Shown here: positions 35,787 through 45,434 of the stretch, one piece after another
Layout of the letters: each line of letters begins with the position of its first letter
How positions within the stretch are numbered: the first letter of the stretch is position 1
DNA from: a virus
Taxonomy: Duplodnaviria > Caudoviricetes
Strand: one strand, 5' to 3'
Length of the DNA stretch: 60,984 bases
Virus record (IMG/VR): IMGVR_UViG_3300042465_000911
Span: 1 to 60,984 of that record
Program-made: the position numbers and the translations under genes
Notes under the pieces: model-generated
The model's input: the letters and a program-made list of their open reading frames with translations, nothing else
Database searches by the model: none
Told to the model about the DNA's origin: nothing

Positions 35787-36068
35787 TTGACCTTTTTGTA
35801 TGGAGACCTGACCTTGAAACACAACCCGAACAACTACGACCTGAGCACACACGAGGGCATGGAGAACTCAAAGCAATGGCTATCCAACGCTCTGATGATG
35901 CTTTCAGACAACGCCACTTGGGGCATCCCTCGCTCAAACACCGTCGTGCGTATCAACAAGCCGAAGAAGCTTGCAACAGTCACACACCAAGACTCCCCCG
36001 ACGTCAGTATCGAGCTTGTATTCGAGGCTTTGGGATGGACAGTAGAGTACGCCGATAGTGCTCGCTAA
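35787..36068 (+). CDS. Hypothetical protein (start probably the TTG near 35814)
   Basis: ORF with GGAG upstream of an internal TTG. Confidence 0.55.
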   Translation: MTFLYGDLTLKHNPNNYDLSTHEGMENSKQWLSNALMMLSDNATWGIPRSNTVVRINKPKKLATVTHQDSPDVSIELVFEALGWTVEYADSAR

Positions 36069-36070
36069 CT

Positions 36071-36109
36071 TGTCTAACACTTGACAACCTCGCCCTTGCG
36101 AGGTACATT
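36071..36109 (+). promoter_or_regulatory. Consensus sigma70 promoter overlapped by operator-like site copy 2
   Basis: TTGACA(36081)-17 nt-TACATT; TGTCTAACACTTGACA overlaps the -35; inverted repeat in the spacer. Confidence 0.8.
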
Positions 36110-36129
36110 TTTTAACAAAGGAGGAAGCA

Positions 36130-36645
36130 ATGCCAGACATGAAAACTGCACTGAGTGGAATACTCAGCGAATGGGAATTAGATAATCAACAACAGGAGAA
36201 GCAAGTGCAAAAAGCACCATACGTACCACACTTTAAAGTCACCAACAACGTGACACGCGCAACATTCGATTACGTCAAGAGCAACCCGCTCCAATCATGC
36301 AAAGAAATCTGCGTAGCGTTGGAGAAGGACGGCTACAAACCGTCCTCTATCGGTTCATTGCTCACGCAGTTCGTTAAGAACGGCTTGTGCGTAAGAGATG
36401 CAAACAATAACTACACAGCGATAGCCCACGAGTACACGCCCATAAAGGTACGCAAGCAACTCAAAGCCAAGCAAGCCAAGCAAGTCATAGAGAAAGCCAA
36501 AGCTACACGAGGCCAAGGCATCGCCGCTCTCAGTCCGCAGCCTATCGTGAAGACTGCGTGGGATGTTGAGACAGTCATCAACAACATTGGCTTGAAGCAA
36601 GCACACGAGTTGTACAGAGAGCTACACACATACTTCGGAGGTTGA
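36130..36645 (+). CDS. Winged-helix-like DNA-binding protein
   Basis: TFDYVKSNP...EI...L......SIGSLLTQFVKNG pattern; possible second start GTG at 36205. Confidence 0.55.
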   Translation: MPDMKTALSGILSEWELDNQQQEKQVQKAPYVPHFKVTNNVTRATFDYVKSNPLQSCKEICVALEKDGYKPSSIGSLLTQFVKNGLCVRDANNNYTAIAHEYTPIKVRKQLKAKQAKQVIEKAKATRGQGIAALSPQPIVKTAWDVETVINNIGLKQAHELYRELHTYFGG

Positions 36646-36767
36646 GATGCTAGAAATGATTGCAGGTATTCTTGTGATGACAGCAGTGTTGGCACTGGGC
36701 GCAATACTGTTTGTCTTTGTATGCGCCATGATTGGCTGGATGATTTACACAACACAGAACGGAGGCG

Positions 36768-37043
36768 ATGATGACTGACGAGAGGTATGAGGAATTGAGT
36801 TGTCCGCAACCAACTTTTATTGTTAGGTCGCTGGCAAATGACCCCGACTACGTCAAGTGTCCACGGTGTTGGCACTACACACACGAGGGGTTCCACAACT
36901 ACGACAACCTGTGCGACAGATGTTGTAGCAACATGGTTGAAGGGTGGCCTGACCATCCTGATACTGCGCACATTTTGGAGTCAAGGAAAAAACAACTGGA
37001 GTATTTTTCCGCAGCAGCAGTGGCGGCAAGGAGGCAAGCATGA
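36768..37043 (+). CDS. Protein with an IleRS/FPG-type zinc finger
   Basis: KCPRCWHY...LCDRC. Confidence 0.65.
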   Translation: MMTDERYEELSCPQPTFIVRSLANDPDYVKCPRCWHYTHEGFHNYDNLCDRCCSNMVEGWPDHPDTAHILESRKKQLEYFSAAAVAARRQA

Positions 37044-37321
37044 CTGAAGAAGATGAAGCGTTCAACGAGATTGAGCGCCGAGCCAAGCAACGCAAGGAGT
37101 CGGTGAGAGCCGCGATAACTAAGGAGAAAACAATGAACAACCCACCAGCATTTCCAAAGACACCATTCATTGAAGTAGGTACGCCACAAAACGGCATGAC
37201 CTTGCGGGACTACTTTGCGGCAAAGGCTATGTTAAGGACAAGCGTGGGTTCATCCTACGAACAGCTTGCAAAGACGGCTTACGAAATTGCAGACGCAATG
37301 CTGAAAGCGAGGGAAGCATGA
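37040..37321 (+). CDS. Conserved phage protein (PAFP...GMTLRDYFAAKAM...ADAML)
   Basis: Motif; alternative start at 37133 with strong SD. Confidence 0.75.
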   Translation: MTEEDEAFNEIERRAKQRKESVRAAITKEKTMNNPPAFPKTPFIEVGTPQNGMTLRDYFAAKAMLRTSVGSSYEQLAKTAYEIADAMLKAREA

Positions 37322-37590
37322 TTGGAAAAGACGACACCATCAAGAACTATGTTCCTATTGGAAGTATTGAGTTGAAGTTGGCTGTGGCAAGGGCAGAGGG
37401 CTACGCCATTCGGGTTGAAGAAACAAGGTATCACCACGTTGTTGATGGGACAGTTGTTACCAGCGTAGATGAGAGCAAGCCAAAATACTATTACTACTCC
37501 GATGACTCAAAACACCAACCCAATCGCTTGCTTCCAATGCTTAACCCATACCGTATTGCAATGGAGTTTTATTTGAAGGAGAGGGTATGA
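37318..37590 (+). CDS. Hypothetical protein
   Basis: Coupled overlap. Confidence 0.6.
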   Translation: MIGKDDTIKNYVPIGSIELKLAVARAEGYAIRVEETRYHHVVDGTVVTSVDESKPKYYYYSDDSKHQPNRLLPMLNPYRIAMEFYLKERV

Positions 37591-37802
37591 GCTTTAGAGA
37601 AACCACAATCAAATACATCAAGGATATTCTTAGACCAAAGACTATCTACGAAGTGGTTTACGCAGAACTGCAAGAGGCATACCTACGCAAGTTGGAAGCC
37701 GAGACTGCGGCTGAGTATGCAGATGCCACTATCGAATACAACAGTCGCCGAATCGAAAGGCTGAAGCAACGCTTGTTTGAACACGCAGAGGAAGACGCAT
37801 GA
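37587..37802 (+). CDS. Hypothetical coiled-coil protein
   Basis: Coupled overlap. Confidence 0.6.
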   Translation: MSFRETTIKYIKDILRPKTIYEVVYAELQEAYLRKLEAETAAEYADATIEYNSRRIERLKQRLFEHAEEDA

Positions 37803-38005
37803 TTGAAAAGATACGCACATTCTTTGGTAGGGAGAAGGGTACGCACCCAAACAAGTCAACCGTTGTTGCCCAAGGGTCAGCATGGTATTGCACAGAGTGC
37901 AGGTTGGTATTCATAACCAAGGCGGCAGGAGACACGCATAGTTGTGAGTATCGTTTTCAAGACACGATTGTAGGGATGAGGAAGAATGCCGAGACCAAAG
38001 ACTGA
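37799..38005 (+). CDS. Small zinc-finger-like protein
   Basis: CTEC...H.C. Confidence 0.55.
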   Translation: MIEKIRTFFGREKGTHPNKSTVVAQGSAWYCTECRLVFITKAAGDTHSCEYRFQDTIVGMRKNAETKD

Positions 38006-38186
38006 GTTAACCAAAAGCGGCAAGACCATCGGTATCCGCGTGACGCAGAGTGAGTATGAGGAGTACATGAACTTAGGAGGAGGTAAATGGCTGAGAAAAA
38101 TGCTACAAGACAGAAGAGACAACAAAGAGTCCCTAGCACTGCAACGCTACTTAAACAAAACGCTTGGAACCCATTCGATAGAGTAG
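37986..38186 (+). CDS. Ribbon-helix-helix-like DNA-binding protein
   Basis: MPRPK...IGIRVTQSEYEEY..LGG.KWLR. Confidence 0.55.
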   Translation: MPRPKTELTKSGKTIGIRVTQSEYEEYMNLGGGKWLRKMLQDRRDNKESLALQRYLNKTLGTHSIE

Positions 38187-38271
38187 ACCCCAAAGTGTTA
38201 GAGCGCATACACAACGAGCACAAAAGGCAATCCCGCCTGTACCTGCTCACCAACATGGAGGATGCAGTTAT

Positions 38272-38586
38272 ATGATGACCCCAGAAGGCAAGGTCAAGAA
38301 GCGTGTCAAGGCAATCCTTGATGAGCTAAAGGTGTATCACTTCTCGCCTATGCAAAACGGCATGGGCAGAGCGGGTATCCCCGACATCGTGGCGTGTCAT
38401 AACGGTAAGTTCGTTGGCATCGAGTGCAAGGCAGGCAACAACAAACCCACAGCCTTGCAAGAGCGCGAACTCAACCGCATACTAAACGCAGGCGGTGAGG
38501 CATTTGTAATCAACGAAGAGAACATTGAACAACTACGGGAGGAATTGATATGGATGAACAGACAATCGAGAGACGACTTGCTTTGA
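38272..38586 (+). CDS. VRR-NUC domain nuclease
   Basis: PEGKVK...GIPDI...IECKA...PTALQ. Confidence 0.85.
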   Translation: MMTPEGKVKKRVKAILDELKVYHFSPMQNGMGRAGIPDIVACHNGKFVGIECKAGNNKPTALQERELNRILNAGGEAFVINEENIEQLREELIWMNRQSRDDLL

Positions 38587-38816
38587 TGAGCGAGGATGAG
38601 CAAGAGCACTTCAAGATGGTGATACTGCAACTGGTCAGATGCTACGGCCCTGACCCAGACCAAGCGGTGCTGCTCATCAAGTCGAAGGGGGATATGGCAG
38701 GCATCATCACCATGAACGCTGACGACATGGAAGCTGCGGAGCTAATGCTCGAGGCAAATGATTTTTTCGGCTATCTAAATATGGCTGGCGCACCACCAAA
38801 GGAGGCATTTAATTGA
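38550..38816 (+). CDS. Hypothetical protein
   Basis: GGAGG SD; ORF. Confidence 0.65.
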   Translation: MDEQTIERRLALMSEDEQEHFKMVILQLVRCYGPDPDQAVLLIKSKGDMAGIITMNADDMEAAELMLEANDFFGYLNMAGAPPKEAFN

Positions 38817-38984
38817 ACACACAAATCAGCAGGAAAAGAATCGTAGAGCTTGCGCACGAATCAACAGAAGAACCCTACCAGTTTGATGAAGGGTGGATTG
38901 TCCGGTTCATGACACGGCTGGCTAAAGAAGACCCCGAACTTGCAAAAGGGATACTAAAAGCAGCAGACAAAAGACTAAAGGAAC

Positions 38985-40955
38985 TTGATGACTAAACCAT
39001 TTGACAGGATACTGACCATCGACTTTGAAACTCGGTGGGACAAGAGGGACTACACCTTATCCAAACTAACAACCGAGGAGTACATACGTGACAAGAGGTT
39101 CAAGGCTTTCGGAGCGTGCATACATGAATATGGAACTGACAACCCAACTGAGTGGGTTGGAGGAGATGGACTACCTGAATTCTTTTCAGGAATCGACTGG
39201 GGACGAACCGCCATGCTTGCGCATAACGCACAGTTCGATATATCCATCCTTGAGTGGGTCTACGATTCTCACCCAGCCTTTATATTCGACACGCTATCAA
39301 TGGGGCGCGCTCTTCGAGGCGTGGAAGTGGGGAACAGTCTCGCGAAGCTGGCGCTCGACTTCGGACTTCAACCAAAGGGAACGGCAGTTAACAGCACTGA
39401 TGGCCTCACATCAATATCGCCAGAGATTGAAAGAGAGCTTGCCGAGTATTGCGCCCATGATGTGTACCTGTGCGAAGAGATTTTCAAGCGACTCGTTGAT
39501 GGGTATCCCAAATCCGAACTGCGTTTGATCGACATGACGCTCAAGATGTACACACGCCCACAGCTTGAGCTTGACAGCAAGATGCTCATCAAAGCATTAA
39601 CAGAAGAAGGAGAAGCGCGTGAAGGACTACTACAAAGACTCGGCATACAAGAAGTTGAGCTTGCGTCGAATCCGAAGTTTGCAAACATACTTCAAAGCCT
39701 CGGGGTTGTTCCCCCGACTAAAGTCAGTAAAACTACCGGCAAAGAAACGCTCGCTCTTGCAAAGAATGACGCCTTGTTCCAAGCGTTGCTCAACGGTGAA
39801 CGTGAAGACGTTGCCCTCCTTTGTGAAGCACGCCTTAAAGTTAAGTCCACCACCGAACGCACGCGTGCGCAACGGTTCCTTGATATCTCCCAGCGTGGCA
39901 AACTACCTGTTCCGCTATCGTATTACGGTGCTCTCTCGGGACGCTGGACGGCGGCAAAGGGGAGTGCAATCAACATGCAAAACCTCAAGCGAGGCAGTTT
40001 CCTACGCAAAGCGATTATGGCTCCCGAAGGGTACCAACTGGTCGTGGGGGATTTGTCTCAAATTGAACCGCGAGTGCTTGCGTGGCTTAGTGATTACCAA
40101 GAGATGCTTGACATCTTCAGGGGAGGTGGTGACCCTTACGCGGCGTTCGGCGCTCAAATGTTCAATATACTGGGGCTCACTAAAGAAAGTCACCCAGAAC
40201 TTCGCCAGTCTGCGAAGAGCGCTTTGCTCGGTTGCGGATACGGCTTGGGCTGGGCATCGTTTGCTTCGCAGCTACTCACGGGCTTCCTTGGCGCTCCGCC
40301 GCAAAGGTATGACAAAGCCTTCGCTAAAACGCTCGGGGTCGATCAGGCGTATGCCCAGAAGTTCGTTGACTGGGAAGACAACGTGACCAAGATGCTGGAG
40401 ATTCCCCACACCTGCACCGACCAAGAGCTACTGACTCACTGCCTTGCGGCCAAGAAGATTATTGACATCTACCGCGCCACTGCCCACCCCGTGGCTACCT
40501 TCTGGGACATGTGCTCACAGCTTATTGAGGACAGCCTGTATGGGGGTAAGGTGTACCAGTACAAGTGTTTGACATTCAGCAAGGAACGTATAGAATTACC
40601 CAATGGGATGAGCTTGCTCTACCCACAGTTGCGACGCGAGAAAGATGACAAAGGTAGGAGCCAGTGGGTATACGGGCCAAACGCTACCAAGCTGTATGCA
40701 GGGAAGGTGACCAATAACGTAACGCAGGCCGTTGCGCGTATTGTCATGACCGATGGAATGTTGAGGGTAACCAAGAAGTACCCCGTGGTTGGCACAGTGC
40801 ATGATGAACAGATCGTGTTGGTGCCTGATGATGAGGTCGCTAGCGCCAAGACTTGGGTCTTGGAGCAGATGACTATGGAACCGAGATATATGCCGGGGAT
40901 ACCCTTGGCCGCTGACGGTGGTGCGCACCGTAGATATGGAGAAGCAAAACAATGA
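38985..40955 (+). CDS. DNA polymerase family A with 3'-5' exonuclease
   Basis: IDFET, AHNAQFD, YCAHD exonuclease motifs; DLSQIE (A), RQSAKSALLGCGYG (B), VHDE (C). Confidence 0.95.
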   Translation: MMTKPFDRILTIDFETRWDKRDYTLSKLTTEEYIRDKRFKAFGACIHEYGTDNPTEWVGGDGLPEFFSGIDWGRTAMLAHNAQFDISILEWVYDSHPAFIFDTLSMGRALRGVEVGNSLAKLALDFGLQPKGTAVNSTDGLTSISPEIERELAEYCAHDVYLCEEIFKRLVDGYPKSELRLIDMTLKMYTRPQLELDSKMLIKALTEEGEAREGLLQRLGIQEVELASNPKFANILQSLGVVPPTKVSKTTGKETLALAKNDALFQALLNGEREDVALLCEARLKVKSTTERTRAQRFLDISQRGKLPVPLSYYGALSGRWTAAKGSAINMQNLKRGSFLRKAIMAPEGYQLVVGDLSQIEPRVLAWLSDYQEMLDIFRGGGDPYAAFGAQMFNILGLTKESHPELRQSAKSALLGCGYGLGWASFASQLLTGFLGAPPQRYDKAFAKTLGVDQAYAQKFVDWEDNVTKMLEIPHTCTDQELLTHCLAAKKIIDIYRATAHPVATFWDMCSQLIEDSLYGGKVYQYKCLTFSKERIELPNGMSLLYPQLRREKDDKGRSQWVYGPNATKLYAGKVTNNVTQAVARIVMTDGMLRVTKKYPVVGTVHDEQIVLVPDDEVASAKTWVLEQMTMEPRYMPGIPLAADGGAHRRYGEAKQ

Positions 40956-41272
40956 CAGCAAGAACAAAAACACCCATCCCCCGCCGCATCCGTGTCGGGG
41001 CCAGACAGTACTCAGTTGACATCGTGGAGACCATGCTGCGCAAACGTGACATGGCGCGGGTCTACTACGGCGACAAGAAGATCGAGCTTGGCCAGTTCAG
41101 TAATGTGTCCGGCAAGAAGTTCGATGACGACCGAGTACAGGAGAACTTCTGGCATGAGGTAACTCATGCAATCCTGTACGACATGGGCGAGCACAAGCTC
41201 AACAGCAACGAGAAGTTTGTAGTCGAGTTCTCAAAGCGACTAGCTAAAGCAATCAAATCAGCGAGGTTCTAA
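40952..41272 (+). CDS. Small HExxH metallopeptidase-like protein
   Basis: FWHEVTHAIL...E. Confidence 0.65.
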   Translation: MTARTKTPIPRRIRVGARQYSVDIVETMLRKRDMARVYYGDKKIELGQFSNVSGKKFDDDRVQENFWHEVTHAILYDMGEHKLNSNEKFVVEFSKRLAKAIKSARF

Positions 41273-41937
41273 TGAAAGCAGTAACGTGGAGCCACAGTGC
41301 CTTGAAAGACTTTGAAGGATGCCCTCGCCGGTATCACGAGGTCAAGGTACTTAACAACTTCCCATTCCAAGAAACTGAGGCTACATATTACGGCAAGGAG
41401 TTTCACACCGCCGCTGAGCTTTACATCCGAGATGGCAAACCCTTACCCCCACAGTTTGAATACACCAAGGACGTACTCGATGCGCTGATTGCCAAGCCCG
41501 GCAGGAAGCTATGCGAGTACGAGATGGGCATCATGCCCAACTTAGAACCGTGTGACTTCAACGAGAAGGGTAGATGGGCGCGGGGTATTGCCGACTTGCT
41601 CATCATTGATGACGAGAACTTAACCGCGTGGGTGGTGGACTACAAGACCGGCAACAACAAGTACCCCGACCGCGACCAGTTAAAGCTCATGTCGTTGATG
41701 GTCTTCAAGCACTTCCCCCACATCAGGAAAGTCAACTCAGCCTTGCTGTTCGTTGTCAAGAATGATATGGTTAAGCACAGCATGACCGTTGACGAGACGG
41801 ATGCTGAGTGGTGGAATTACCGCGAACGTGTGGCCAAGCTAGAAGCTTGTGTTGCATCCGGCGTATGGAACCCCAAGTCCTCTGCGCTGTGCCCGTGGTG
41901 CCCAGTTAAAACGTGCGAGTTCAATCCAAAACATTAG
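41272..41937 (+). CDS. PD-(D/E)XK exonuclease (RecB/Cas4-like)
   Basis: GIADLL...VDYKTG...QL; CP plus CPWCP...C cluster. Confidence 0.85.
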   Translation: MKAVTWSHSALKDFEGCPRRYHEVKVLNNFPFQETEATYYGKEFHTAAELYIRDGKPLPPQFEYTKDVLDALIAKPGRKLCEYEMGIMPNLEPCDFNEKGRWARGIADLLIIDDENLTAWVVDYKTGNNKYPDRDQLKLMSLMVFKHFPHIRKVNSALLFVVKNDMVKHSMTVDETDAEWWNYRERVAKLEACVASGVWNPKSSALCPWCPVKTCEFNPKH

Positions 41938-41946
41938 GAGTTATTC

Positions 41947-42189
41947 ATGGCAACCAAACGAGTAAGAGATTACAAAGCTGAATACAAGCGTGACTTAGAG
42001 ACAGGTAAGTCTGGCCCCGGCTCCGACCAATCAGAGCGCCAGCGAGCACGCAAGATGTACGACAAGAAAGGCATCGACCGCGCAGGTAAAGACATCGACC
42101 ACATCAAGCCGCTAAGAGCCGGTGGTAAGTCCGCGACAGGTAACTTGAGACTGCGTGCGAAGAAAGCCAATCAAGGCGACAACAAATGA
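41947..42189 (+). CDS. Minimal HNH-type protein
   Basis: KDIDHIKPL..GG....NLR.....N. Confidence 0.65.
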   Translation: MATKRVRDYKAEYKRDLETGKSGPGSDQSERQRARKMYDKKGIDRAGKDIDHIKPLRAGGKSATGNLRLRAKKANQGDNK

Positions 42190-42404
42190 CGCAAGAGGAA
42201 ATCAGCGATATAGCTAGGGCACGTTGCAGTGCCATAGCCTATATGCGAGAACAGGGTATGACCTTCGATGCAATCGGTAGAAGATGCGGCATATCTCACA
42301 GCAGAGCGCACCAGATGTATGAAAAACACAAACGAAACATGCAGTATGCGTTGCGTGCCGTGCATCGACAAAAACTAATTGAACTACTAACACCAATAAT
42401 ATAA
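42186..42404 (+). CDS. Sigma region-4-like HTH protein
   Basis: GMTFDAIGRRCGISHSRAHQ. Confidence 0.65.
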   Translation: MTQEEISDIARARCSAIAYMREQGMTFDAIGRRCGISHSRAHQMYEKHKRNMQYALRAVHRQKLIELLTPII

Positions 42405-42417
42405 ACGGAGAAGCAAC

Positions 42418-43977
42418 TTGGAAATCCTTGAAGACAAGGCACTAATATTTAGAACTAGAAACCCAGAAAAGTACAGCATCATTCCTAAACACAAAGTCAT
42501 CGAACGTGATGACGGTGGGTACGATGTCGCTGTCTACTGGGGACTAGATGAATGTAGGGTGCTACGCAACCTCGGCGTGAAAGATGTGCCCTCGCCAATC
42601 ACACGCAAGTACAAGTGGCCCGGTCGTTACAAACCTATGGCGCATCAGATGGAGACTGCCGCCTTCTTGACCATGCACCGCAAGGCGTTTGTGTTCTCAG
42701 AACCTGGCACTGGCAAGACGCTCTCTGCACTATGGGCGGCTGACTACCTGATGCAACGTGGTGAGGTGCGCAGGTGTTTGATCTTGTGTCCACTATCTAT
42801 CATGCAGTCTGCATGGCTGGCAGACTTGAGCAACAGCATCATCCATCGCTCGGCCATCGTCGCTCACCATACGCAGGCTAGTCGCCGCATCGAGATGATT
42901 CAACAAGACTACGAGTTCGTCATCGCTAACTACGATGGCTTGAACTTGATAGCTGACGAGGTTAAGAACGATGGTAGGTTCGACCTTGTGATCGTCGATG
43001 AGGCCAACGCATACAAGACGGTGACGACCAAGCGTTGGAAGGCATTGAAGTCCATCCTCACACCCAAGACCCACGTATGGATGATGACTGGTACACCTGC
43101 ATCGCAGTCACCAGCAGATGCCTACGGCTTGGCCAAGATCGTCAACCCCGAGGGCGTACCCAACTTCTACACATCGTGGCGCGACAAAGTGATGAACAAG
43201 GTCACTCTATACAAGTGGGCGGCAAAGCACAACGCCGCTGACCTAGTGCATGAAGCACTGCAACCAGCAATACGCTTTAGCAAAGCGCAGTGTCTTGACT
43301 TACCCCCAGTGCTGACCACCACACGTGAGGTTCCCCTCACACCACAGCAAGCCAAGTATTACAACCTGCTCAAAGACAGGATGCTGGTGCAAGCCGCAGG
43401 CGAAACAATCAGCGCAGTCAACGCTGCCGCTGGTGTGAGTAAGCTGTTGCAGATAAGTTGTGGCGCTGTGTACACCGACGAGAAAGAAGTGATTGAGTTT
43501 GATGCCGCCCCCCGTCTTGGTGTGCTGGAAGAAATCTTGGATGAGACTACACGCAAGGTCATCATCTTTGCGTTGTTCAGGTCAAGCATCGACACCATAC
43601 AGACGCACCTGACCAAGAAGAACATTGCCAACGAGTGCATACACGGCGGTATCACACCCAGTAAACGTGCCGACATCATCCACCGCTTCCAACATGAACC
43701 TGACCCTCGCGTATTGGTTATGCAACCGCAGGCTACGGCGCACGGCATCACGTTGACTGCGGCTGACACGGTAGTTTTCTTTGGCCCACTGATGAGCGTG
43801 GAGCAGTACATCCAGTGCATTGCACGGGCTGACCGCAAGGGACAGAACTCCGACAAGGTGACTGTCATCCACATCCAAGGCTCACCGATTGAGCGCAAGA
43901 TGTTCAAAGCATTGGAGGGCAAGGTAAGTGATAACTCACTTCTTACCCAAATGTTTGAGATAGAAATAAATTCATGA
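42418..43977 (+). CDS. SNF2-family helicase
   Basis: PGTGKT, DEAN, TGTP, GITLT, Q..AR..R.GQ. Confidence 0.9.
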   Translation: MEILEDKALIFRTRNPEKYSIIPKHKVIERDDGGYDVAVYWGLDECRVLRNLGVKDVPSPITRKYKWPGRYKPMAHQMETAAFLTMHRKAFVFSEPGTGKTLSALWAADYLMQRGEVRRCLILCPLSIMQSAWLADLSNSIIHRSAIVAHHTQASRRIEMIQQDYEFVIANYDGLNLIADEVKNDGRFDLVIVDEANAYKTVTTKRWKALKSILTPKTHVWMMTGTPASQSPADAYGLAKIVNPEGVPNFYTSWRDKVMNKVTLYKWAAKHNAADLVHEALQPAIRFSKAQCLDLPPVLTTTREVPLTPQQAKYYNLLKDRMLVQAAGETISAVNAAAGVSKLLQISCGAVYTDEKEVIEFDAAPRLGVLEEILDETTRKVIIFALFRSSIDTIQTHLTKKNIANECIHGGITPSKRADIIHRFQHEPDPRVLVMQPQATAHGITLTAADTVVFFGPLMSVEQYIQCIARADRKGQNSDKVTVIHIQGSPIERKMFKALEGKVSDNSLLTQMFEIEINS

Positions 43978-43983
43978 AAGGAG

Positions 43984-44026
43984 TTGCAAAACAAACGCAA
44001 ACGTGTAAACTGTCCAACCTTAGACA
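43984..44026 (+). promoter_or_regulatory. Probable promoter with operator-like site copy 3
   Basis: TTGCAA-16 nt-TAAACT followed by TGTCCAACCTTAGACA. Confidence 0.55.
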
Positions 44027-44046
44027 AACAATAAACAGGAGAAGTA

Positions 44047-44451
44047 ATGGAAGACACCGACATTCCGCTCGACAAACTCGTGAAGATTTACCGTAAGATA
44101 AAAATGGAAATCGACACCATGACCCAAGAGTACGACACCAAACTGGAAGTGCTCAAGGGGCAACAAGACGAAATCAAATTTGAAATTAAAGACCGTATGA
44201 AGGCGCTGGGCGTCACATCGGTCAAGAGTCCCTTTGGGACTGTATCCATGCGTACCTCGACTACGTACACAACAAATGACTGGGCTTCGTTCAAGGAGTT
44301 TGTCCTTGAGCACGGCGCTGTTGACCTGTTGTTCAAACGTATCGCGCAGGCAAACATGGCGCAGTTTCTTGAAGAGAACCCGGGGGTAGTACCACCGGGG
44401 CTGAACTCTGTAACGGAGTTCAACATAGTCGTAACCAAACCAACCAAGTGA
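44047..44451 (+). CDS. Coiled-coil replication-module protein (Gam/gp157-like)
   Basis: Coiled coil, then GTV...DW..F...LL.KR...PPG. Confidence 0.55.
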   Translation: MEDTDIPLDKLVKIYRKIKMEIDTMTQEYDTKLEVLKGQQDEIKFEIKDRMKALGVTSVKSPFGTVSMRTSTTYTTNDWASFKEFVLEHGAVDLLFKRIAQANMAQFLEENPGVVPPGLNSVTEFNIVVTKPTK

Positions 44452-44458
44452 GTTTTAT

Positions 44459-45427
44459 ATGTCAAACATAACGCTTTTTTCGTCCGCAAACGTACCTGCA
44501 TTCGCTCGTAATAACGAACTGTCCGAAACAGCCAAAGCCCTGACCGGTGGCGGCGTATCCAACACCAAACGCATCTCTATCAAAGGCGGCGTGTTCCGTC
44601 TGGTAGCTGGTGGTAAGGAAGTTGCCGCTATTGATGACCGCCATTTGGAAGTCATCATTGTGAAAGCTGCCCCCAAGGTCAGCCGTATCTTCTACGCCGC
44701 CCAGTACGATGCCGACAACATCACTGGCCCTGACTGCTGGAGCAATGACGGCGAACGCCCCGATGCTTCTTCTCAGAACAAGCAGGCTGAAACTTGCATG
44801 AGTTGCCCCAAGAACGTGGCTGGCTCAGGTCAAGGTAATAGCCGTGCTTGCCGCTACCAACAGCGCCTTGCTGTTGTGCTGGCCAACAACCCATCAGGGG
44901 ATGTGATGCAGTTGACCTTGCCTGCCACTTCGGTGTTCGGTAAGGAAGAAGGTGACAAGCGTCCGTTGCAAGCCTATGCACGCTACTTGGCGGTGCAGAA
45001 CCCTCCTGTTAACCCCGAGCAGATCGTGACAGAGATGCGTTTTGATACCAAGGCCGAGTCTCCCAAGCTGTTCTTCAAGCCTGTGCGCTGGTTGACGGAT
45101 GATGAGTACGAGATCATCAAGGAGCAAGCTGAGAGTGCTGACGCACAACGTGCCGTGGTCATGACCGTGGCGCAAAGCGATGGCGTGAAACCTAACGCCC
45201 CCAAGATGTCTCTTGCTGGTACACGCCCTATGGGTGACTTGACCAAAGAGGAAGACGCACCTGCCTACGAGCCGATTGCTGAGAAGGCTGAGAAAGCCAA
45301 GAAAGCAAAGCCTGTGGTCGATGCTGACGACGAGCCTGAAGTTCGCAAGGAAGCCGCGAAGCCGTCTGCTGTGCCTGCCAAGAAAGGCAAGCTGGCTGAC
45401 ATCGTGTCTGACTGGGATGATGAGTAA
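44459..45427 (+). CDS. Single-stranded DNA-binding protein (probable)
   Basis: RISIKGG, Cys cluster, acidic aromatic tail SDWDDE; replication module context. Confidence 0.6.
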   Translation: MSNITLFSSANVPAFARNNELSETAKALTGGGVSNTKRISIKGGVFRLVAGGKEVAAIDDRHLEVIIVKAAPKVSRIFYAAQYDADNITGPDCWSNDGERPDASSQNKQAETCMSCPKNVAGSGQGNSRACRYQQRLAVVLANNPSGDVMQLTLPATSVFGKEEGDKRPLQAYARYLAVQNPPVNPEQIVTEMRFDTKAESPKLFFKPVRWLTDDEYEIIKEQAESADAQRAVVMTVAQSDGVKPNAPKMSLAGTRPMGDLTKEEDAPAYEPIAEKAEKAKKAKPVVDADDEPEVRKEAAKPSAVPAKKGKLADIVSDWDDE

Positions 45428-45434
45428 ATAAAAC

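Noticed and set aside
35699-36058. ORF containing MKLAYLAA...DLFVWRP extended to 36058
   Set aside because: The first ~20 codons from 35747 may be a real small membrane peptide, but the extension overlaps another ORF and could not be supported
39608-39616. AGGAGAAGC match to the sRNA seed inside the DNA polymerase gene
   Set aside because: It is within coding sequence and not followed by a plausible start, so it was treated as chance and not counted as a target
41272-41937. Cas4-like nuclease as a sign of CRISPR
   Set aside because: No repeat-spacer array or other cas genes; it is a normal phage replication-module exonuclease
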